Of a stretch of 64,000 bases of DNA, positions 37,296 through 45,617 are shown in pieces. The DNA is taken from positions 5,131-69,130 of the forward strand of contig CAWBAP010000009.1 in assembly GCA_963786845.1 (NCBI GenBank), in the 5' to 3' direction. This DNA is from an uncultured Thermoleophilaceae bacterium. Lineage in GTDB: Bacteria > Actinomycetota > Thermoleophilia > Solirubrobacterales > Thermoleophilaceae. Both the position numbers and the translations under genes were made by a program. The notes under the pieces were generated by a model that ran no database searches, was not told the origin of the DNA, and was given only the letters and a program-made list of their open reading frames with translations. Each line of letters opens with the position of its first letter. The first letter of the stretch is position 1.

Positions 37296-37653
37296 GTGAA
37301 GCGCCCGCTCCTCGCTCTGCCTCTCGTGCTGCTCGCTGCCGCGGGCTGCGGCTCGAGCGACGCGGCGCCGAAGGTGGACGAGTCGGACACGCCCGGGACC
37401 GCGCTCGCGTGCCTCGAGGCCAGCGACATCGCCGCGACCCGCGACGGCGAGACCGGAAACGAGCTCGTGCTCGAGGCCGGCCCGCGCATCAAGTTCTACC
37501 TCACGGCCGCGGAGGCCGAGGCCGCCCAGTTCCAGGGCAACGGGCGAGGGCGCCGAGCAGATCGGGAGCGCGCTCCTGTTCGTCGATCCCGAGAGCGACT
37601 CCGAGACCGACGACCTGCTGCACGACGTCGAGCTCTGCCTAGCCGACCTCTAG
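37296..37653 (+). pseudogene. small lipoprotein, one frame change at 37545 as assembled
   Basis: The lipobox is MKRPLLALPLVLLAAAGC. After skipping 1 nt at 37545 it reads EGAEQIGSALLFVDPESDSETDDLLHDVELCLADL to the TAG at 37651..37653. Confidence 0.5.
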
Positions 37654-39702
37654 GACCTCGACCTCGTTCCGCCCCTTGCGGAACGAGGACTCGGGGACCA
37701 TCACGGACACGAGCTCGCCCTCGTCGCCGACCGCGAGCGTGAAGGTGTTGCCCACCGCGCGGATCGTGCCGTTCACGGCCACCGCTATGTCGCGCGGATG
37801 GCGGTCGGGGCCGTTCACGCGGGCGACCACGTTCACCGGGACGTATCCCGATGCCGGGTCGACCCGCTCGTACTCGCCCGCGTTCGTGAGCTCGACGTCG
37901 AGCGGCGGCCCCGCCGCCGACGCCGGCTGGCCGATCAGCTCCGGGTTGGGCCCGATCTCGAAGATCCGGCCGGGGCCGTCGGCGCCCGACCCGAACAGGC
38001 GGTTGTTGCGGTCGATGATCTCCTGGCGCTCGCGCTCGAAGTCCTCCGCCGGGATCCTCAGCACCTCGAACGTGTTGCGGATCAGGAAGCGCAGCTCGTC
38101 GCGGCTCTGCACCTCCTCGCTGAACGCGGACCTGCCGTCCATCTTCACGCGCGGGTCGAGGTTCAGCAGGTCGAAGATCGTCGGCAGGATGTCGATCGTC
38201 TCGACCCAGGCGTCGTCGACCTTCCCCTTCTTCTGGTCGGGCGCCTTGATGAAGAGCGGGATCGGCGCGATCTCGCGCGCGCGTCTCGCGGCTCAGGCGC
38301 CGGCGCTGGCGCGCCTGCGGGAACGCCACGCCGTGGTCGGCCGCGACGACGATCAGCGACTCGTCCCAGAGCCCCTCGCCTTGAGCCGCTTCCAGAGCTG
38401 CTGGAGCTCGTAGTCGGCGAAGCCGGTCTGGAGGAAGTGGCGCTGGAGCAGCACGTCGAGCTGCCCCTGGTCCTCGTAGGACTGGTTCGAGAGGCCCGGG
38501 ACCGGGTCGTTCGGCCCTGCGCCGGTAGCGCGGCCCGAGGGCAGGTACTGCCAGGGCACGTGCGGCATCAGCGAGTGCTTGAAGTTGAGGCCGGGCCGCT
38601 GTCCGGGCTCGATGCGGTCGACCCAGGCCTGGAAGCGCGCGGGCCGGCCGCTCTGGAGGTTCGCCAGCACGTTCGTCTGTCTCGCTCGCTCTCGTCCGCG
38701 GCGCGCATCGGTCTCGTCGCCGCCGCCGAAGTTGCCCCAGTTCTCGGACACGCTCGCCAGGTCGTTCTCGATGTCGGGCGGGGAGACCACGTGCAGCCAC
38801 ACGAGCCCGAGGTCCTCGGCCATCGACGAGATGCGGCTCCCGTACGACTCGTCGTCGAGCGAGTCCGTGCAGATGTCGCGCGAGCAGACGTTGGTGGCCT
38901 CCTCGTCCACGTTCATCCGGTGCGTCTTCGCGAACAGCGAGAAGATGCTGTTCGGGTGGTCCGAGGAGATCGGCTGCTTGTCCTGCTCGGGGAGGTTGCC
39001 GTCCATGATCGCCGGCTGCGCGCGCTCGGTGGAGTCGTAGACGGTGTAGGCGTTCTTGAACCAGGTGGCGTTCCGCGCCAGCTCGCCGAAGCCGGGGAAG
39101 CGCTTCGCGTCGAGCCGGTCGTTCTCGTCGACGAGCGTGTTCGAGGGCAGCTCGTCGAGCAGCACCACCACGATCGGCGCCCGCGCGACGCCTCCGATCG
39201 TGCGCGCCTTCGCCTCGCTCGGGAAGGCCAGCTCGGAGATCTGGCCGCTGAGCAGGAACAGGAGCAGGAACACGAGCGGCACCGGCGACAGCACGTTCAG
39301 GAAGGAGCGGACGGGCTCGGCGCGCGCCCAGAGCACGGCGATGCCGGCGCCCACGGCCACCGCCAGCGCGATCAGCACGAGGTCGGAGGCGTCGAACGAC
39401 TTCTTGAGCGCCTGCGCGGCGATCAGCGCGGCGAGCGCGCCGAGGAACGCGATGTGCGCGCCCTTGCGGACGTCCTCGCCGATCAGCCCCAGCAGCAGCT
39501 CGATCGCCAGCAGCAGCGCCGGCGGCAGCACCACCAGCAGCACCGAGAAGCTGACGATGTCGAACCCGGAGGAGCCGCGCGCGGCGAAGAACTCGGGGTT
39601 GTCCTTAAGCAGGTCGAAGAGCGGCTGGGCGACCGCGAAGGTCCAGAGGACCGCGAGGTTGAGGTACGCCCAGCCGGCGGCCTTCGCTGCGTCTCTGCTC
39701 AT
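37639..39702 (-). pseudogene. membrane-anchored LTA synthase-like / sulfatase-fold (phosphoglycerol or phosphoethanolamine transferase-like) protein, 2 frame changes as assembled
   Basis: From the ATG at 39702 (MSRDAAKAAGWAYLNL) there are about 5 TM helices. The extracytoplasmic domain follows (VVVLLDELPSNTL...LMPHVPWQYLPSG...LWDESLIVVAADHGVAF...IDILPTIFDLL). Breaks lie near 38378 and 38285. Confidence 0.65.
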
Positions 39703-41322
39703 CCCCTTGGGACGGGCGTAGTAGAGCACCCGCGTGCCGGACTCGAGGCGCTCGCTGCGCTCGACCTCGAAGGCGTCCTTCAGCGTGCGCTCGAAGAAGT
39801 CCGAGCTCGTAGTCCGGGTGCAGCCCGTCGCGCTTGGGCGCGAGCAGCTGCTTCACCATCGGGTCCTCACGCGTGGGGAACTCGATCACGAGCGCGCTGC
39901 CGAGCGACGCCAGCCAGTCGACGAACTCCTTGACCGGGCACGTTCGCGCTGATGGCGACGTGGTGGACGAGCGCGAGCGCGAGCACGAGGTCCGGCTTGC
40001 CGCGGTCGGGCAGCGACCTTCGCTCGAGCCCGCGCCAGCCGAGCCCCGGCGACGGGTCGGCGAGGTTCATCGTCAGCGTGAGGATCTGCTCGTTGCCCTC
40101 GTCGCGCAGGTCGCGGTAGAGCAGCTCGACCGGGCCCTGGTCGGCGTCGACGGCGACGACCGTCTTCGCGCCCTCGGCGGCGATGCGCGAGTAGCGGCCG
40201 TTGTTGGCGCCGATGTCCCAGACGAGGTTCCAATCGCGGCTCGTCGCCACCTCGCGCACGAACTCGTCCTTGCGCCGGGCGTCGTCGTCCGTGTAGCTGT
40301 TGCGCTCGCCGTAGGCGGTCCAGACGCCCTCGGGCGGGTTCCACGTCGAGGCGCTCGACGAGCTTGCGCATCTTGCGCACGTTCGCGACGAACAGCTCCT
40401 TCTTGAAGACGCGCTTCACCTCGTCCTTCACCTGCTGCGGCTTGTCCGCGTAGCGCTGCTCGAGCTTCGCGTGCAGGAAGACGTTCGTGAACACGCCCTT
40501 GCGGAAGCGGTCGCGGAAGGACATCAGCGGCGCGCATCTCGGCGGGCGTGATCCCGTCGATCGAGCCGCGCAGCCAGGGGTGGAACGGCACGCCCTTCGC
40601 CGACTGGAGCAGCAGCGGATACAGGTAGAGCATGCAGAACTGGCGGTAGCCGACCCACGGCTCGCCCTCGCGGATCCGCTCGAACGAGCCGACGTCCACG
40701 AACGTCGGGCGCGCGCCCTTGAACTGGACGTTGTAGGGCGTCGAGTCCTTCAGCACCATGTCGTGCTCGAGCGCCGCCAGCAGCAGGTCGAGCTGCAGCA
40801 GCGCGGCGTCCTTCAGCATCGAGAAGGTCCACTCGTACGGGTACGAGACGAACGGGATGCGCTCGTGGCGCAGGACCGCGGCGGGCTCGTGCACGAGCAG
40901 GCCCTCCAGGGCGGGCGCGCTCGTCGGCGCGCTCCGTGCGCACGACGCGCTCGTCGTCGAGCAGGCCGGTGGCCTCGAGCGCCTCGAAGTCGCTCAGGCC
41001 GTCGGCCGAGAGGGCGCGGAAGACGTCGTCGCCCGCGTAGAAGACGCGGCTCTCGGGATCGCGGAAGGAGCCCGGCTCGAGGCCGGCGGGCGCCGACGCG
41101 GTGGCATCGGCGGAACAGTAGGCTAGGCGGCGTCTGTGCCGCTCGCGGCGTCCGGGCTCTCGGCTCGGCGGTCTCCGGCTCATCCTTGCGGATGCGGAGG
41201 AAGCGGAGGATGCGGTTCCAGTACAGCTTGGCCGTGACGGCCACGGCGGCGAGGCCACCAGCGATGATCTGCAGGATCATGCTCCCGCTGCCGGGATCCA
41301 GATATGCGAGAACGGTGGTCAT
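39699..41322 (-). pseudogene. SAM-dependent methyltransferase (FVSYPYEW / NoeA-like type) with a possible N-terminal TM segment, about 6 frame changes as assembled
   Basis: The segments, each in a successive frame, are:
- MTTVLAYLDPGSGSMILQIIAGGLAAVAVTAKLYW
- GLEPGSFRDPESRVFYAGDDVFRAL
- LVHEPAAVLRHERIPFVSYPYEWTFSMLKDAALL
- MSFRDRFRKGVFTNVF
- WDIGANNGRYSRIAAEGAKTVVAVDAD
- VIEFPTREDPMVKQLL
- SSDFFERTLKDAFEVERSERLESGTRVLYYARP
Breaks lie near 41115, 40925, 40530, 40332, 39935 and 39809. Confidence 0.55.
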
Positions 41323-41449
41323 GGTGTGGAGTGGCTCCGTACGTCTCGGGATTGCGAGGGCAGCGCAGGCTAGCAGAGCAAACGCTTGTGAATCCTGTGA
41401 AAGGCTAGCATGCGCCTACGCGGGCCCTACAACTACCCTACCCGCGCAC

Positions 41450-42515
41450 ATGAAGCTGATCATCCAGATCCCCTGCTTCAACGAGGAGGCGACTCTTCCT
41501 GGCACGCTGGCCGACCTTCCGCGCGAGGTCGAGGGGATCGACGACGGTCGAATGGCTCGTCATCGACGACGGCTCGACCGACCGCACGGTCGAGGTCGCG
41601 CGCGAGAACGGCGTGCGACCACATCGTGCGGCTCACGAACAACAAGGGACTCGCCGCGGCCTTCCAGGCGGGGCTCGACGCCTCGCTGAAGCTCGGCGCC
41701 GACATCATCGTCAACACCGACGCCGACAACCAGTACTACGGCGGCGACATCCCCAAGCTGGTCGCGCCGATCCTCGCCGGCAACGCCGACATGGTGATCG
41801 GCGACCGCAAGACCGACCAGATCGATCACTTCTCGCCGCTGAAGAAGCGGCTCCAGCGCCTCGGCAGCGCGGTCGTCCGCCGCGCGTCGGGCACCGACGT
41901 CCCCGACACCACCTCCGGGTTCCGCGCCTACAACCGCGAGGCCGGGCTGCAGATACAGGTGGTCTCGAAGTTCACCTACACGCTCGAGTCGATCATCCAG
42001 GCGGGCAAGATGCTCGTGGCGGTCGACCACGTCCCGATACGGACGAACGAGCAGACGCGCGAGTCGCGCCTGTTCCCGTCGATGTGGGCATACGTGCGGC
42101 GCAACACGCGTCTCGATCTTCCGCGTCTACGCGCTCTACGAGCCGCTGCGCGTGTTCATGGCCGCGGCCGCCGTCGTCGCGCTCGTCGGCGTGGTGATCT
42201 GGGCGCGCTTCCTCTACTTCTTCTTCTTCTCGGACGACGCCCGGCGGGCACATCCAGTCGCTCATCCTGGGATCGACGCTGTTCATCGTCGCCGTCCAGC
42301 TCGCCGCGCTCGGCGTGGTGGGCGACATCCTGGCCGGCACGCGCGTGCTCCAGCAGCGCGCGCTCGAGCGGGTCAGGCGGATGGAGCTGCACCTCGGCGT
42401 CGAGCCCTCGCACTACGAGCCGGGCGCCGCCGAGACCGGGCAGCCGGCCACCACCGGCGCGGGCGCCGGCCGCGCCACCGGCAAGACCGAGGACCGCGAG
42501 GCGCTGAAGCTGTGA
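41450..42515 (+). pseudogene. family 2 glycosyltransferase, GtrB/DPM1-like with C-terminal TM helices (polyprenyl-phosphate sugar synthase type), 4 frame changes as assembled
   Basis: The segments are MKLIIQIPCFNEEATLPGTL, VEWLVIDDGSTDRT, HIVRLTNNKGLAAAFQAGL...NTDADNQY...TSGFRAYNRE, SIFRVYALYEPLRVFMAAAAVVALVG, and GHIQSLILGSTLFIVAVQLAALGVVGDIL. Breaks lie at 41546, 41616, about 42105 and about 42242. Confidence 0.7.
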
Positions 42516-43193
42516 GCGGCGCCGCGGCAACCGAGGTCCCCACCGGCAACACGTTCGACAAGTACGGCTCCGCCAATCCCGTCGTGAAGCGGCTGATGGC
42601 GGGCTTCCACGAGACGCTCGACGAGCTCTGGCGGAAGGCCGCGCCGGCGTCGGTGCTCGACGTCGGCTGCGGCGAGGGCGTGCTCACGGTCGAGTGGGCG
42701 GAGCGGCTCGGCGACCGGCGGATCGTGGGGATCGACCTCGACGACCCGAAGCTGCGCGCCGAGTGGGAGAAGCGCGAGCGGCCCGAATCTCGAGTTCCGC
42801 GCCGAGGAGGCCACGCACCTGTCCTTCGCGGACGACGAGTTCGACCTCGCCGCCGCGATCGAGGTGCTGGAGCACGTGCCCGAGCCGGAGGCGACGCTCG
42901 CCGAGATGGCGCGCGTGGCGCGCGGCCACCTGCTCGTGTCGGTGCCGCGCGAGCCGCTCTGGCGCGGGCTCAACATGGCGCGCGGCGCGTACTGGCGCTC
43001 GCTCGGCAACACGCCCGGGCACGTGAACCACTGGTCCAAGCGCGGGTTCGTCTCGCTGCTCTCGCGCTACGGCGCGGTGGAGGAGGCCCGCTCGCCCTTC
43101 CCCTGGACCATGCTGCTTGTCCGGCGTCTAGCCGGTCGTCCTACGGCCGCGGCGCGGCGGTCCTGTCGGTGGGGATCGGCGCCACCGGCCTGA
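42512..43193 (+). pseudogene. class I SAM-dependent methyltransferase, one frame change at 42785 as assembled
   Basis: The GTG at 42512 forms a GTGA overlap with the GT2 stop. It contains VLDVGCGEGVLT, then NLEFRAEEATHLSFADDEFDLAAAIEVLEHVPEPE in the next frame. The 3' end is uncertain (43193, or a TAG at 43127..43129 in another frame). Confidence 0.65.
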
Positions 43194-44435
43194 TCACGTT
43201 CGCCTACTTCTCGCTCGCGAGCCATTCGCTGCCCGAGGACGAGTACGGCCGCATCACGCTCCTGTGGTCGGCGATGTTCATCACCGTGTCGGTGCTCTAC
43301 CGGCCGGTGGAGCAGCTCCTGTCGCGGACGATCGCCGACCACGACGCGCGCGGCGTGATCGGCAGCGAGCACTGCGGATCGCCGCGACGATCCAGCTCGC
43401 GCTGGGCGTCGCGTTCGCGGTCGTGGCGCTCGTCCTCCGCGGCCCGATCGAGGACGACCTCTTCGCGGGCTCGTCGACGCTCTACTGGGTGCTCGTCGTG
43501 GGCGTGCTCGCCTACGCGGCGAGCTACTTCGCGCGCGGCTACCTCGCGGGCCACCACCTGTTCCCGCTCTACGGCGGGCTGGTCCTCATGGAGGCCAGCT
43601 CGCGCTGCCTGTTCGCGCTCGCGGTGGCGATCGGGATCGCCGAGGGCCAGTCGGCGGTCGCGCTCGGAATGGTGGCGGCGCCGATCGTCTCGCTGGCCGT
43701 GGTGCCGCCGGCGCTGGCGAGGAGGATCCGCCCCCGGCCCGAGGCGGCCCCCGCGGAGCCCGCCTCCGAGGCGCCCCCGCCGAGCCCGCCTCCGAGCCGG
43801 CGGAGGAAGGCCAGTTCACGCTCGCCCGCGGCACCGGCTTCGCCGCGGCGGTGCTCCTGATCATGCTCTGCGAGCAGACCTTCCTGAACGCGGGACCGCT
43901 GCTGGTGAAGGCGACCGCGGACTCGGGCGGCGCCGCGCTCGCCGGCTTCACGTTCAACGTCCTGCTGATCGCGCGCGCGCCGCTTCAGCTCTTCCAGGCG
44001 GTCCAGACCTCGATCCTCCCCCACCTCACGCGGCTGCGCGCGGGCGGCGAGACCGACCCGTTCGCGCGCAGCGTGAACCTCACGCTCATGGCGATCGCGG
44101 GCTTCGCGGGCGCGGTGGCGCTCGTGATGCTGGCCGCGGGGCCGCAGCTGATGGACCTGCTCTTCGGAGGCGACTTCGGCTACGACCGCGGCGGGCTCGT
44201 GCTGGTGTCGGTCGGGATGGGCCTCTACCTGGCGGCGGCGACGCTGAACCAGGCGCTCCTGGCCCACGCGCACGGCGGACGCTCGGCCGCCTGCTGGGCC
44301 ACCACGGCGGTCGCGTTCGTGCTCTTCCTCCTGCTGGTCGAGCTCGACGACCGCGTGCTCCAGGTCGAGATCGCGTTCGTCGGCGCGGCGGCCATCCTGT
44401 CCGCCTCGCTGTACGCGCTGCACCGGCGCGCCTGA
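43110..44435 (+). pseudogene. polysaccharide/oligosaccharide flippase (Wzx/MOP superfamily-like), 2-3 frame changes as assembled
   Basis: TM-rich segments occupy three frames: GRGAAVLSVGIGATGLITFAYF; LRIAATIQLALGVAFAVVALVL...; LLIMLCEQTFLNAGPLLV...LYALHRRA. Breaks lie near 43370 and 43776. The start is uncertain (ATG at 43110 in another frame, or GTG at 43169). Confidence 0.6.
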
Positions 44436-44448
44436 CATCCTCCCGGGG

Positions 44449-44913
44449 GTGAGCAGGCATGCGAACGTCGGCGACCCGGCTCCGGAGTTCGAGCTCGACG
44501 GGACCGATGGCCGCTTCCGGTTGTCGGATCACCGCGGCGAGCGCGTGGTCCTGCTCTTCTACCCCGGGGACAACACGCCGGTCTGCACGCGCCAGTTCTG
44601 CTCGTACCGCGACAGCGCCGGCGACTTCGACTCGCTCGGGGCGACGGTTGTGGGAATCTCGTCGCAGAGCGTGGACTCGCACGAGGCCTTCACGGCCGAG
44701 CACGGCCTGAACGTGCCTCTGCTCGCGGACGAGGACGGATCGGTGGCGAAGGCCTACGGGGCGCACACGCCGGTGATCGGGACGAGGCGGGCGGCGATCA
44801 TCGTCGACGAGGAGGGCATCGTCCGCTACCGGCACGACCACCGGCTCGGCCTCGACTTCCAGACCGTGGACGACCTCCGCGACGCGCTTGACTCCATCGG
44901 CGTGCGTGGGTAG
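44449..44913 (+). CDS. bcp: peroxiredoxin (Bcp-type thiol peroxidase)
   Basis: 154 aa: GDPAPEFEL...VVLLFYPGDNTPVCTRQFCSY. Confidence 0.85.
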   Translation: MSRHANVGDPAPEFELDGTDGRFRLSDHRGERVVLLFYPGDNTPVCTRQFCSYRDSAGDFDSLGATVVGISSQSVDSHEAFTAEHGLNVPLLADEDGSVAKAYGAHTPVIGTRRAAIIVDEEGIVRYRHDHRLGLDFQTVDDLRDALDSIGVRG

Positions 44914-45607
44914 CGAGCTCACAATCCCCGCGCGGTTCAACGGGCCGCCCACATCGGCGAACGGCGGCTACACCTGCGGGCGGGTGGCCGAGCTGGTGGG
45001 CGGCGAGGTCGTGGAGGTGTCGCTCCGCAGCCCGCCGCCGCTCGACACGGCGCTGGCGGTGGTCCGCGACGGCGACCGAGTGGAGCTGCGCGACGGCGAC
45101 ACGCTCGTGGCCGAGGGAGGCCCGAGCGAGCTCTTGCTCGACATGCCCGACGCGGTGCCGGCGAGCGAGGTGGCGGCGGCGCAAGAGGAGGGGCGCACGC
45201 TCTGGGCACGCGGGCACCCCTTCCCCACCTGCGTCGTCTGCGGGCCGGCGCGCGAGGACGGGCTCGGGATCTTTCCGTCGCCGCTGCCGGGACGCGACGG
45301 CCTCTTCGGCGCCTGCTGGACGCCGGACGCCTCGGCGGGTGACTGGGTGCCGATCGAGCTCGTGTGGGGTGCGCTCGACTGCCCGACGAGCGCGCCCGTC
45401 GCGAACTTCGGCGAGGGCCCGGCGATGGTGCTGGCGAGCCTGACCGCGCGGCTCGGCTGCCCGATCCGTCCGGGCGAGCCGCACACGATCCTCTCCTGGC
45501 CCCTGGACGAGGACGGGCGCAAGCACTGGGCCGCCGCGGCGCTGTACGACTCGGAGGGCGTGCTCACGTGCGCGTCGCGCGCGCTCTGGATCGAGCTGCG
45601 GGAGTAG
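44906..45607 (+). CDS. hotdog-fold (PaaI thioesterase-like) protein
   Basis: Contains FNGPPTSANGGYTCGRVAEL and HPFPTCVVCGPAREDGLGIFP. The start could be GTG 44906 or TTG 44888. The family call is tentative. Confidence 0.5.
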   Translation: MGSELTIPARFNGPPTSANGGYTCGRVAELVGGEVVEVSLRSPPPLDTALAVVRDGDRVELRDGDTLVAEGGPSELLLDMPDAVPASEVAAAQEEGRTLWARGHPFPTCVVCGPAREDGLGIFPSPLPGRDGLFGACWTPDASAGDWVPIELVWGALDCPTSAPVANFGEGPAMVLASLTARLGCPIRPGEPHTILSWPLDEDGRKHWAAAALYDSEGVLTCASRALWIELRE

Positions 45608-45617
45608 GGTCCCGCGC

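Noticed and set aside
41323-41449. Recurrent GCTAGC / GGCTAG motifs as candidate operators (for example 41368, 41403, 3309, 8016, 37280, 48104).
   Set aside because: Most occurrences elsewhere simply contain TAG/CTA stop codons at gene ends, where G/C flanks are expected. Two copies in one intergenic region do not support a regulatory motif.
43756-43796. A 15-nt direct repeat, gagcccgcctccgag, twice inside the flippase gene (43756..43770 and 43782..43796).
   Set aside because: It encodes a duplicated EPASE in a Pro/Ala-rich loop. Local slippage in a low-complexity linker explains it, so it is not a separate element. It is relevant only because one frame change lies between the copies.
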